The notes under the pieces are model-generated. The model was not told where the DNA came from. It did no database searches and saw only the letters and a list, made by a program, of their open reading frames with translations. Made by a program: the position numbers and the translations under genes. Source: Amoebophrya sp. A120 (Eukaryota > Protista > Dinoflagellata). From it: 64,000 nucleotides of DNA. Position 1 is the first letter of the stretch. The number at the start of each line of letters is the position of its first letter. Where the stretch lies: assembly GCA_905178155.1 (NCBI GenBank), contig CAJINV010000002.1, positions 7,470,743-7,534,742 on the forward strand, written 5' to 3'. This document shows, piece after piece, positions 1 to 12,142 of this stretch.

Positions 1-3000
1 ACCGCAGGTCGCCAGGCTCCCGCGAAGCCGCGGGGTAGTTCTCCTTGTTGAACAGTTTACTTGTTTCCTCGACCTCTTTCTGGTTTCCCGCGGTTTCCTT
101 CTTGAGGTTTTCCCCGGGTTTGACCAAAACGTCGATGGAGCGGGAGGGTGCGGAGACGTAAATGGCCAGAAAGGAGGCGAATAAATGCAGGAGCAGCGAA
201 ACCTTTCCTGGGAACCAGGTCTGTCGCAGGTAGGAGTCCGCGCCGTAGGCGTATTTGCGCGGGAGTTTGTCCATCCTGCCCATGTGCGGCCCGCGCGACG
301 CAAAAATTGGCACCGTCGCGTCGGCGTTGCCGGCAGTCTCTTTTCTCCTCTGTTCCGCTAGTTCGTGTGCGCGCTTCTTCCACTTCAGTGCGCAGGCGCG
401 GACAAGCTCCTCGTGCTCGTAGAAATGCTCCACCTGCTGGTGCAACACACTGTGGTCCAGTTCCGCCATGAGACCGTCGGTCAAAATTCCTGCGAAGATT
501 CCCAGAATGGCGGGGCCCGCGAGAATCATAATCAGGAAGACGACGATGGTACCCTCGGGACTGTATTCCTTCACCATTCCCATGTTGCCTGTTGTGCGCG
601 AAAGGCGAAACAAGTGGGAAATACTCTATTTTCATTCTGTTACTGTTGTAACGCTTCTGAAGTGCAAAAACCCTTTATTTACTTCATGATGTGAACGAAC
701 ACGAAGGGGAAGGGGTCGCGATTGCCTCATGCGATGCAGCAAGAACCAAGACAAACTCACATTTGTTTGATAAGGAGAACAAAAAAAAGACTAAGAATAA
801 AAACAATCTAGCGCTATGACAAACGCTTCATAAGTGGCGCTCCTGTACTTACCAGTAAAAAGGCGGCTCGCGAACAGGCTTGCCATCCCGAAGCTGGTGA
901 AGCGCTGCGTCTCCCCCTCGTTCACGTTTCCGTTTTTCCGCTCGGTGAGAAAGACCAACCCGCCAATGACGAAAAAAATCATCAGGGCCAGGTAGTACGC
1001 GTGGAATAACGTCATCCGGTTTTTCCTCACCACATCCACGATGAGGCCAAACCCGGTATTGAAGGAACTGAAATAGAAGGCCGCCGCGAAGACGCGCGCC
1101 CCCATCAAATACTGCAGGTATGGCCGCACCAGGGCCGTGTTCGCGTTGTCCAGGAGCCGCATGCGGACTCCACCTAGCGTGAAGGAGAGCACGTGGGCCA
1201 TCCGGGGTAAAACCGTAAGTACCCACCCCCGCTGGACACATCAAGGCTCTTTCGAAGTAACGCATCACAAATTCGAGTCTGTGGTCGTGTAGACGTGGTT
1301 AGCTGCTAAAAATGGAGGCGCAATACACATCAACTGATAATGTCTGATCCTGGCTAGGGAATGAAAAATTGTTTTTACTACTTGGTTCCCGAACGTCATT
1401 AGATCCCACTCCCCATGGGGCTGCGAATCTAGCACACTCTGAGGAGCCTTAGCCTTTAGATTTAGATCATAATTTGCAAAAGAAATTATATCGTGGGGAG
1501 GATACGTTATCTGTCCCCATCAGGATATGCGTGATGATTGTGACGGTGAGGACGATGACCGTTCCCGCGTCCGGCTTTTTGATGGCGTAGTTGTAGAACA
1601 TCAACACCGGACTGACCCCCCTGCGATTCGGAATGTTGTTTGCGTACTCCACTTTCTCTTTCGACGACGTGCCCGGGGGCAGCCGGCGCCCGATCAGTTC
1701 GTCGTATTCTTTCCTCGACGGACTGTACAGGTACTTGGCTTTGTGGTAACTGTCGCCGTAGAAGTAGACCGCACACAACACGAGATAATTGTACAGGTAG
1801 ACGAGCAACACGAACACGTCGACCAGGAAAACGATCAGAGGCAGAAAAATGCGGAGGCCGTCCCGGGAAACAATGCCGGTGATGTACTTCATGCGGAACC
1901 ACTTCGAATCCGCGAGCTGCGGATTGACGGCCGGCCCGTACTGTGCGACCTCGTCCGCGAACTGCTCGAAAAATTTCTCCTTGGCTTTCTCGTTGTGTAT
2001 CGGAGCGACGTAGTGGGTTTCCACGGCGATCTCCGGGAACGCGGGTAGGCCCTTGCGGTAGGTGGTCTGTCGCACCGTGTCGTCTTCGAGCAGGACAAAG
2101 GGTATTCTCTGAAAATCAACCATCTGCATATTACACTGGTTTAAATGACAGAAGTCGCGACTTTGCAAAACTTTTGAAAAGGCGACCTTGCTCCGTGTTT
2201 TGCATAAAAAAGTGGATGGGGCGGGTGCTCCATTTTCAGGGAATAAAGGGCATCAGATCTCCGCAGTTCCAGGGCACGTCTTCCTTGTCAGGATCCACCA
2301 TGCGGATCGGCGCGTAAAACGCCGTGTAATCTTCTGTCGAAATGGACGGCAGCGGGTCTAGCAGAGTGGTGGAGCTCTTCGAGTTACCGTCTTCCGCGGC
2401 CTTTTTATCTTTTGCATCATCGCCGGCGTCGGATTTAGCTTTGTTCGAAGATTCTGCTCTACTCTGTTGCTCTTCCTGTTCCAGAGCGGAGGATGCAGAT
2501 GATCTACTTCTGCTTGTTGTCGCTTCAACAGCACGACGATCTTCGCGTCCGGCAACCGCAACCACCGCGAACGGTTCATCGCTGTTCCCTGCACCATCCC
2601 CCTGGTCGTTATTTTTAATGTTACCTGTATCGAGCACGTGGCGCACCTGGTCGCGCTGCTCCCTACTTCCGACAACCTCTCGCGTGCTCTCCAGACTTCC
2701 GCCCACCCCAAGATCGATCAGCGTCTTGCCGTCGGAGCTCGGGGTCTTCTTATCCGCGTTAATCCGCGCAGAGGTGAGGTCGGTGGAAATCAGTTTCTTC
2801 ACCTCTTTGTCCGGGGAAAACTCATCGCCCTTCGCTGCCTCCTCCTCCTCGCTGTGCCAAGACTCGCCGTACCTGCCCCCGTTCAACTCCCCGCTGTCGC
2901 CGTCCGCCCGCCACTGAAATTGCTGCCGCTTCTTCTCCACGCGGAGCCGCTCGTATTCCTCCTTCTTGGTCCGCTCCGCCGAGGCGTGGACCAGAAACGA

Positions 3001-6000
3001 CATGTCCGTCACATCCTTCGCACCCATGCACACGTTGGTAAAGAAAAACAGCCGCTCGAGCGAGGGCGCGCGGCCGTTCAGCAAGCTGTAGTTCATACTG
3101 AACAAGTGCTCGGTCCGCTGGGTCGAGGAGGTCACAAAATCCACGAACTGCAGCGTGTCCCCCGCCGGTTCCTCGCCTGCGGCTTTGCCTGTTTCCTCAG
3201 TGGCCTTTGTTTCATCTCCCCCCACTTCGCCGTCGCGATGGGACTCACGCAGGTGGAGCTCCAAGGCTGCTGCTGCACTGGCTGATTTTTTGTCGTCGTC
3301 TTTCTTGGCATCCGCTTTCTTGTCGTCGGTACTATCGTCTTTGTCTTTGTCATCGCCGTCATCATCCTCCAAATCAGCTTCTCCCGTTTTGATGCGGATT
3401 CGGCTACTTTTACCCAAAATGTCCTCGATCCGTTTCGGTGTTTTTGTGCTGATATCCAAGGACAGGGAGAATGGGTCGTTATATACGTACGCTACGCACT
3501 AGAACTGCAGCCCTATTTTTGAGCTAAAGAATCCTGCTCATACATCCGCGGAACTTCTTCATTTTTTTCATCACGCTAGAACAAAGTGAAGCAATTTCAT
3601 CAAAACTTACGTAACATAGCAACGCGGAAGCTGCAGCTCAACATCATAGAAGATCGCGCAACTACTACGACTCACTTGCATTGACCATGGATAGCTAACT
3701 CGAAGCAAGAAATCAGCATCGTGCAACTCGTCTCCGATCCCCGTTATTGCGAAAGGCTCGTATTTCAACCGGTCCAGCCCGCTCGTGTACACCTGCAGCT
3801 TTTCGGAGTCGTATCTTCGGAACATTGTGATGCCATCAGTGGAGAGCTTCAACTCGTCTGGGTTGAAGAAAGACTCCTCTTCCTGTAACTCCTCATCTGG
3901 CTCCTCGTGCAGAGATTTGTCGTTTTTGAAATCGACCACCGTTTGATGGAAATGCTCAGACAAGCCACCTGCAGATGAAGTCGCTGCCGACGCTTCTTCA
4001 TTTTTAGCTTCCGCTTTCTCTGCAAACGACGAGCTAGCTGGTGCAGCTTTTCTTCTCTTCGGCTGCCCGAGCTGCTCAATCAAGCGCCTGACCTTCCGAC
4101 GGTTTTCTTCGGGCGAATTATTGTGGTTGTGCTTGCGAGTGTGCTGTCTATGGTGCGTCGTGTGATGGGTCTGTGATGTCTGTAGAAGCGAAACAACGTG
4201 GCCGCGGTCGTCGGAGTCCGTTTCTAAGAACGACGATGCGCCTTGCTGTTCCAAAGCGCCTCTGTCTCGGCGGCCCGGAAAATCTCTACTATCTGCTTCC
4301 GTACCCGAAGCACTCCCTCTGCCCCGCAATATTTTCGCGAAGTCTGTCTCATCTTCTATCCCACTGCCGAATAGAACCTCCCACAATTTTGGCACGTGGT
4401 AGTTTGACAGCAACCCGAACATCGTTTCGGACTTGCGTTTCGATTCGGTCCACAGTTTTCGTCTCTGCCGTTGTTCACGGCGCGACAATTGCAGCATCGA
4501 CGAGGCTGCGGCCTTCTCCTTGCCCTGCGGCTTGGCGCCCGGCCCGTCCGAGACTTTTTCGCCCTTGATTTCCACTTCCGGCGGCTCCTCTTTCCCGCCC
4601 TTGATGGCGTCTGGCCCAGCCTCATCGCCGTCGTTATCGTACGGCTCCGTGGCGGCGTATGGATGTGTCAGAGTTGAAATCGACAAAGTTGAAATAATTT
4701 CTCATGCATAAAATGGATGCCAGTTGGAACCCAGATTTCAAGTTTTGCAAGACAAATTTTGGTGGTCACTAAATCCACTCTGTCATGCTTTTTAGGCAAA
4801 GAGGAGCGATTTTCTCATGCTACTTTAGCAGCTCGAGCTGTAACCCCAAACAGGCTTACAATCGGCCTCACTTGCCTGCTCTGCAACACACGTGCCTCGG
4901 GTCATGCATTTCATGCATGGCAAATCATTTCAACTTTGACGATTTCAATCCTGACACTCCCATACGGCGATGAGTTGGTGCGCCTGCATCGACCGGAGCA
5001 AGGAATCCTGACCGGGTACCAGCTCGGTCAGGTGGGCATCTAAGAGTGCGTGCTGGTACCAGGGACTGGAGTAGGCGTGGACGGCCCAGAACGAGAGGCA
5101 GATCGCGAGGAAACCGCGCCAGAAGTACCACAACCCGGGGCCGTGCATGTCCTCGAAAAACGTCTTGGTGCACCACTTCACAAACTCGCTGGTGTTGTTG
5201 GACTTCTCGATCCACTCCCTTTCCGGCAGCTCTGCCAACCGCACGTTCTCCGGGTCGTCCAACAGGCCGCGGTCCTCTGGTATTTCGGTTTCGTCCACGT
5301 CGAAATCGAAGGCGCTGGCGTAAATGCTGAACGAGATGGCGGCGATCACCGCGCCCACGGTGGAGAGGAACACGTTCCAGCCCCAGATCTGGTGCTGGTT
5401 GCCGGACTCCAGACTCACCATCTTCTGGAACATCTCCCACATCCCCATGTGCAAGGTATGGAAGCGTCAGGTTTGAAATCGTCAAAGTTGAAATGATTTG
5501 TCATGCAAAAAATGGATACCAGTTGGAAGCCCAATTTTCAAGCGGCGCATGACAAATCTTCGGAGCACCGGAATCCAATTTGTCATGCTGTTTGGGCACA
5601 GAAGACTGCTTTTGTCATGCTCTTTTAGCAGCTCTATCCCAAACCCTAAATAGGCTCACAATCTGCCTCCCTTGCCATCCCGGCAAGACAGGCACTTGAT
5701 GCCTTGCATTTTATGCATGGCAAATCGTTTCAACTTTGACGATTTCAATCCTGACAGATCCATACAAGGAATTGCAGTCGTACTGCTCTTCCGGCAGCAG
5801 TGCGTCGTAGGAAGACAGGTACTATCCTGTGCAAAAGTATCGTAGTCCTACTAATCGCATTCATGCATTACAAATGTCTTTCTCAAGTGGAATCCGCATT
5901 ACAAATTCTACATCTCTTGCTGAGGAGATTTGTCATGCGATTTATACTAGTACGATGCTTTTGCATTTCATAGATACAGGGTCGCGGAACCGAGCAGTAG

Positions 6001-9000
6001 GAAGCAAAACGCGAAAGCGTACGAAAACCGGAGCACGTGACGGTTGTTGTGGCAGCCGGTGATGATCGTGTTAATGGTGTTGTAGTACCGCATGGGCTTC
6101 TATGCATTTTTCACACATGTTTACTGCACACGTACCAAATGGAACAAATACGTCACAAAGGTTTAAAAGCTTGTCGGTGTCGTCACCATGCATTCTCAGG
6201 CTCATCAACGTTGGTCATTTCTTGTACGCCGTGCTGCATGGCAAGTTTACTGTGGATAGCTTGAAGAGCATCAGAATGCGGCCGCAAACGAGCAGCGTCA
6301 GAAAGGCGAGCTGCCGCTTCTCCATATCGTGCGGCGACTCCAGCTGGCACATGTAGCCGCAAATCCAGAAAAAGTCGGTCGGGTCCATGTAGGGCGGAAC
6401 ACTGGGCCACTCCTGGAAGTAGTTCTTCAGATTATTCGGCTTCAGGATTTCCCCGACCTTGCTTGCGGTGCCGTCGCCCTGCCCGATGATCCCAAAGAGG
6501 CAAATGACGAGGGCCAGGGCGGGTAGAAGCCAGGAACCCACGTCGACGAATCCGAAAAACGTGAAGGGGTAGTACGCGCAGTTGGCCTCGACCTCCTTGT
6601 TTCCCTCGGCCTGCCGCCTCCTGGCCAGGACGGAGGATTCGTTGTGCACTCGCGCAAAAAGGGCTATGAACTCGCAAAAATGGAACAGGATGATGAATCC
6701 CTCAGCGATCAGACAGTACTTGAAAATCTGCTCTGCCGGCTCGTCGGCAAATACATGCCGACTTTCAAATTCCTCATACTCGAAGCACGGTGTGGCGAGG
6801 GTGACGGGGATGAGGAACAGAAACTGAAGAAAAGTGTTGTAGACGGGGTGGTCCAGGAAGGTCACACGGCTCAGCAGCGTCTCCTTAAAGGTCTCTTCCG
6901 TTGATGCCGCGGCAGAAATGTTCAACCTGACGGCTCGTGATGAGTTACATGGTCTGACGGTTTCGTGACGTTTTGAAAAAAGAAAAGCGAAAATTTTACT
7001 GTGGCTCGGCACTACGATAGCTTCGGGCGATAGGCGGCAAAGCCATGCCGCGAAACACACCGCGAAGCACCATTGGTCCTACCCCAGGACAGTGTCTGCC
7101 TGGGGAGCGTGCACGCATGTCGCCACACGCGTTGAAAATTGTGTGGGCCCCCATAACACAAAAAGACGAAAGGGCAAACCCCAAATGCCCAACGACTGGC
7201 ATCCCACCAGCCAACGCAGGGGCGCGCAACGGCTGGACGTTGGCCATATTCTGGGTTGCCGCCTGACGTTTCCCATGGGCGCCTTTGGTGGTAAGTAGCT
7301 AGGTAGGCCCTCAGGTAGCCCAAGAATGAAATGACGCAATTTGACGGAATGGTGACAGAACCGTCACAAGTTGGAAGGCGGTTCCAATTTGGTTAGTGAC
7401 AGTTTTTCTTCCCCGATGGTATGCTCCGTTTTAGCGGAATTTCTGACGAAACCGTCACAAACCGTCAAACAACCGTCACAAACCGTCGCCAGAACGTCAA
7501 ATATCCTTCCCACAAACCGTCACTCATCTGTCACGAGACTACCAACCAACCAGCAAGGAGACACCACGGGTCCGTCAACCTGCGCGCCGAGCAAGATTGT
7601 GCACATGCTGTGCCCCCACTAAGCCGAAAGGAGAAGCGAAGCTTGCCGACCCCGCCTAAAGGGGAGGACGCCAAAACCCGCAACAAGGCAGGACACACAC
7701 CCAGAATCAAAACCGCTGCGGCTTGACCCTAGGATGAGCGCACCCGCGGCCCATATTTGGAACGAACCCGTTACACATCCACACACACCACAAAAACATG
7801 TGGGGATGGGCCCGGGTCAGCTCTGGAAATAGAAAGTTTTTATTTTTGTTTTTTTGAAATCGTCACCAAACCGGCACCTGAAAATTCTCATCCACCCCGT
7901 CGAGTCATAGAAATGGTCGAGCCACGTTGTTCGCTAGATCGCGCTTTCTCGCCGTCCTCGTCTGCCGCGTCGCCGTCGTTGTCTATGGAAGCGCTAGGTG
8001 GTGGGAAAACGAAGGACCTTCATCTTGTAATTCTATGTTGAGTGTGCGTTGCAATACAATCTTTGTCCTTGCTCCTGCTGTGCTACACACAAGCTGCTTA
8101 CATTGCAGGAGGCGTCGCCGCCGGTGGGGCTGGTTCTAGGCATAAGGACAAGTAGGAACCTCATCAGTACCGTTGCTGAAAGCATGACAGGCCCAGGCTC
8201 GCCACCTCGGTTTCTCGTATATAGTCGTACCCTAAAACAAAATGTCAGACTGCGCTTTTCCCGACAGGCAAAACTTGTGTTCGTGTGCCGTTTAGAAATT
8301 GTGGGTTGCTCTTCCAGAACAACGACTGCGTATCTTAGTGATGCAACGAATGTCGAGTGAGCGATGTCTTGTCCCAGCACCTTGTTACACACGGATTCAT
8401 ACTGTCCTCTTCCTTTGCCCCATCATCATCGTCGTCGCTGTCATCCACGGGCGGGAAACCGTATTCCAGATTGTGCACCTTTTGCAGCGATTCGACCACC
8501 AAGGCGCTGGAGCGCAGCGGTACGTGGGTGACCAGGTCCTCGACCTCCTTGTCCTGCTCCCCCAACAGCTCGTTGACGGTGTCGTGCATGTGCTCTAACC
8601 CGACATCCAGCACGGCCCCGAGAAATCCCGCGTAGCAACCCGCGTGCAGGTAGCACGCACAGAAAAACAGCACGGCAAAAAAGCCTAGTTGCGGCAGAAA
8701 GGAATCCGGTGGACCTAGCCCGATCAGCATGGTCATGCCGTAGGAAGTATCACGTACAAAAAACAAAGAATAACGGAGGTGGAAAACAGATTTGGTCATG
8801 CGATAACGGATGTTCATGTTGGTCATGCGATAGATGTAGTAGTAGTAGTGATTCCCAGCAAGGGGAGAGAAGGGGGCGCCAACTCTCACCTCACTAGCTT
8901 TTCACAACTTTCTTCATTGCGCGTTTGGGTTTGGGTAGATGCAGAAACAGAATCAATGCTTGTGATGAAGGCGTACCAGTAGATGTTTTCATGCGGTTTT

Positions 9001-10760
9001 CCTTTTCGTCATAAAGTAGTTTGCATCGGATTTACCCGAAAGATGGATCTGCTACTTCAGCTCGCTTATAATTCTTAGTGATTTCTGCGTGATAGTGAAT
9101 CGACCCCGCAATGGACTCTATCGTGGACACCTGGAACCGCAAGTATCTTCCGTACTCGTCTTTGGCGAACGCACGGTCGCTGGTGGGCTGAAAGGGTGCG
9201 TGCTTCTTGCCGTAGAAGGAATAGAGGTCGGACCCGTCCGCGAGCTCGTACCCGATCGTGCAGCGCTGCAACCACAACCCGATGCAGCCCTGCAGCAGCA
9301 GCGCGCTCAGGAAGATGATAAAGTAGATTTTCAGAACCGTTTTCTGGCTCTGCATGCAGTGCGAGATGATGTGCAGGAAGATGGAGTACTCGCAGCACTC
9401 GAGGAGAACGCGGAAGAGGAAAACCCAGCCTAGACTGCACAAGGCGTAGTGCTGCAAGGGCAGCACGTAGCTTGTCAGGTACTGCATCCACGACACCTTC
9501 TCGGGCATCAGGAGAAACCAAAAGCCGCCGAAACTACCGAGGAGCAACTCGAAGAGCGCGAAGTAGTCGTACCGAAAAAAGTGGTAAACGCCTTCCAGCA
9601 CGGTGGTCTCCGTGGCATTCTTCAGGTGGCGCTTGTCCTCCTGCCCGTCTTTTCGTTGGGCACGCATTTCCTTGACAAACTCCGGCGCCCCCCGGGCGGA
9701 CAAGGCGCGGAGGATCAGAAGACACGAGAACAGGGTCAAGGTGGCGAAGTCCCAAATGCGAAAGCGGTGGATGATTTGCAACGCGTGTGCGCTCTATCCA
9801 ACGGGAAAACTCAGCTCGTGTAACTGGAAGCAACCAAATAAATTATGAATATGCATCTCGAGGCGTCTGCGTCTGCATCAAACCCCCTCGGTACAACAAG
9901 GCAGAACCAATCGCAGTAGTTCCACATGGAGTTACTGACGTCGTAACAAAAGATACTTACACTAGTGTGGGGGACTAAAAGATCTCTAATATATGCTTTT
10001 TTTTTTCGGGGACCAGGCTTGTTGCTTTTTTTGTGTTGTTGACGAACGCGCGACAGTCCTTGCGAGCTGATTTTGGTCTTGCGTACATATTCGAGAAGAT
10101 AGGTATCGATGGAGTACTTCAAAAACAGATTCACCTGTGTGTAAGTGAGCGACAGTGGGGGAGGTAGTTTGAAGGACATTCCTCATGATCATCCTCTGGT
10201 CCACAACCGTATTAGGAACCACGAACCGAGAAAATGAAAATGAAAAAACCAAAACAGTGACGAGAACCGTATGTTGACTCTACAAGCTGAAGCTCAAATG
10301 CAAGAGTCGAGCCTTAGTACCTCGCACGTGGTTCCCTCCTGCCAGTCCGCCTTTGTGATACCCAGACAGGAATCGTGCATCGAGATCAAAATGGAATTCC
10401 TGCGCCAAAAATCGATCCGGAACTTTACCTGCGTGGCATAGACGTAGAAGTACAGGTAGAGCAACAGGTAGATGAGCTGGAACGCAATGACGAATTTGTG
10501 CTCCAAAAAAGCGTGCAGTTTGCGGGCAAAATCCATGTTCGTATCGCGATCCGGGGGACTGCTGCCTTGTGCGGTTTCTGCCACTTCGACCTGACCACCT
10601 TCGGCGGACGAGGCAACTTCGCTGACTTCCTCCTCAGTGTCGTACTCCTCCTCGGACTCAGACTCTTTCAGCGTCTCTCTCACCGACACCACCCGATCGC
10701 CAAACTGCAACATGGTTTCTGCCAGAGTCTCGCCATCCCAACGAAAAACATCCCCACAGC
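1..10760 (-). CDS. Divergent multi-repeat 6TM cation channel (Ion_trans superfamily, probably 4 repeats); multi-exon, 3' end outside window, 5' end uncertain
   Basis: Repeat I: S1 KLHAFLEHKFVIAFQLIYLLL (ORF 10294-10899), S2-S5 in 9032-9781, pore/S6 in 8335-8889. Repeat II: FLDHPVYNTFLQ...YYPFTFFGFVDV...GRILMLFK (6215-7060), S5 FSYAFAFCFLLLGSATLYL (~5980-6040), S6 in 4945-5454. Repeat III: 1467-2168, then GFGLIVDVVRKNRMTL...LVFLTE...RFTSFG (791-1201) spliced by GT-AG intron 589-852 to NMGMVKEYSPEGTIVVFLIMILAGPAILGIFAGILTDGL. A further S1-like helix YLRQTWFPGKVSLLLHLFASFLAIYV at ~150-230; frame open to position 1. Canonical intron 3499-3675 also joins ORFs in frame. Confidence 0.75.
2103..2245. 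mobile_element. Introner element (non-canonical intron), 143 bp
   Basis: TIR tattctctgaaaat / attttcagggaata (13/14); perfect 5-bp DR aaggg (2098-2102, 2246-2250); removal joins GDLMPF to VLLEDD in frame. Confidence 0.85.
4658..4964. mobile_element. Introner element family A, 307 bp
   Basis: ~55-60 bp imperfect TIR (tatggatgtgtcagagttgaaatcgacaaagttgaaa...); perfect DR cggcg (4653-4657, 4965-4969); removal gives MQAHQLIA-ATEPYDN. Confidence 0.92.
5457..5764. mobile_element. Introner element family A, 308 bp
   Basis: Colinear homolog of 4658-4964; perfect DR caagg (5452-5456, 5765-5769); removal gives EQYDCNS-LHMGMWE. Confidence 0.92.
5823..5972. mobile_element. Introner element family B, 150 bp
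   Basis: Ends tatcctgtgcaaaagtatcgta / tacgatgcttttgcatttcata; DR ggtac/gatac (mismatch at a Tyr wobble base); removal gives LLGSATL-YLSSYD; homologous to 44395-44544 and 49052-49196. Confidence 0.85.
6101..6258. mobile_element. Introner-like non-canonical intron, 158 bp
   Basis: Ends tatgca...tggata; DR gcttc/gcttg; removal joins RILMLFK to PMRYYNTINTIITG in frame. TIR otherwise weak. Confidence 0.7.
6928..7577. mobile_element. MITE-like element with short TIR, 3-bp TSD and subterminal repeats, 650 bp
   Basis: Ends tgacggctcgtgatg / caccacgggtccgtca; acc on both sides (6925-6927, 7578-7580); AACCGTCA(CA) repeats at ~7359 and 7450-7523, with inverted TGACGGTT/TGACGTT copies at 6955-6972; GC-rich interior. 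Confidence 0.65.
9795..10085. mobile_element. Decayed introner element, 291 bp
   Basis: Left end tatccaacgggaaaactcagctcg vs reverse complement of right end tacgcaagaccaaaatcagctcg; DR decayed; removing element+5 nt joins DTYLLEY to AHALQIIHRF. Confidence 0.7.
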
Positions 10761-10823
10761 ACCATGATGTCAACGAGGATAAAATGAATCTTGAAGCTCG
10801 TCCTCGCGGTAGAAACTTCGACA
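10761..10823. repeat. Copy 1 of triplicated host segment (has a 4-nt insertion, gaat)
   Basis: accatgatgtcaacgaggataaaat-gaat-cttgaagctcgtcctcgcggtagaaacttcgaca; otherwise identical to 12073-12131. Confidence 0.95.
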
Positions 10824-12072
10824 ACCAGCGCGCGACCATCGACCGATGCCACCTAAGAGCATCCCATCCGAAGGCCGCCCGACCTGACGCTCGCGGCAAG
10901 AACGTCGCGGCTTTTTCAAAACAAAAACCCGGGCGCCCTCTACCAACCCGCCCCCGCGAACCAGCGGCGAAGGGCTGACATTGCCGGGGGCGCAGCGGGT
11001 GGGAATTCTACTGGCCGGCGGGCGACGGGGTTGATTGGCCGGGCCTGCTGGGCACCCATGCTTTTTCCGCGCCCGCCCTTCTATCCCCAGGGCCAGGGCC
11101 GGGCGACCAGCACGCCCGGCGGAGAAGCTCTTCTATCCCCCGAAGAACGCGCTTTCTAACCGGCTGGGGCGGCCCTCGGCCCGGTTGGTCGAACAGGCAG
11201 GCCGGCCCGCCCGACGCGCGCGCGCAAGTGGGCTCCTGCTGCTGAGCCCTCCAAAGTCAAGGAGGGCACAGGCAGTACAGGGCGTCCGGCGGGCGGGCGG
11301 CACCGGAACAAGCCTGGGACACATTCACTGGGGCAGGCGGACGGCCCCGAGCGCCAGGGGGCTTTGCTTGCCAATCCGGGGCCAGCGTGGGTGCCTGGCT
11401 CCCATCGGTTGCCCCCGGCGGTCCGGCGCGGTGCCCTAGCGGCGCGCGGAGGCGGAGCAAGTCTTTCAGCCAACGGGCGTTACGCTTTCCTGCCGGGCGG
11501 CCAGCCGCCTTCCGCCTTGGAACAAGGCCAGCGGGCTGCACCTGGGAAAGGCGAAACACGGAAGCCATCGAAACGATGGCGGGCCCACGCCCAACGCAAA
11601 ATCGGTGCCCCAGGAAGCAGGAACACACAATGCGCGCATGCTCTTCCCGCGGACTCTCCTAACCAAGAGTGGGAGCGCGCGGTCGGGCCGTCCCGATGCC
11701 CAGGCCGGTGGCCCAAGAAATCCGGCGCCACTTTCGCACGCCCCTTCCCAAGACGGCGCCCCCCACCCTCCACCGCCTCTCTCCAACGCCACAAGAAACA
11801 CAACAGAGCCTCGGGTGGGTTGCCAGAAATCGAGCAGCGCGCGGCGGTTTCTGCTATCGAACAAACAGACATGGTCCCTCCACAAGACCTCCAGGCGCGC
11901 CCGCGAGTAGCTTCACTATGTTTACGAGCGCTGACTAAATTTCATCGAGTTCAATGCTTTAAAGGCCGAAATCGATCAAATTTAGCCAGCACTTTTGTGG
12001 CTAAAGCCAGCGCGCGCGCTGGCTAAAGCCATCAGCCGGGGGGGTTAATTTTTGGCACTATGTACCTCCTTA
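10824..12072. mobile_element. GC-rich insert 1 (1249 bp), probable decayed mobile element
   Basis: Bounded by repeat copies 1 and 2; very GC-rich, only Arg/Ala/Pro/Gly-rich ORFs; hairpin cluster at 11981-12027. Confidence 0.55.
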
Positions 12073-12142
12073 ACCATGATGTCAACGAGGATAAAATCTT
12101 GAAGCTCGTCCTCGCGGTAGAAACTTCGACATGGATCTTGTT
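12073..12142. repeat. Copy 2 of triplicated host segment (empty-site, IE-less form)
   Basis: Reads ...aacttcgacatggatcttgtt, which is copy 3 with the 13387-13495 element and one DR copy removed. Confidence 0.95.
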
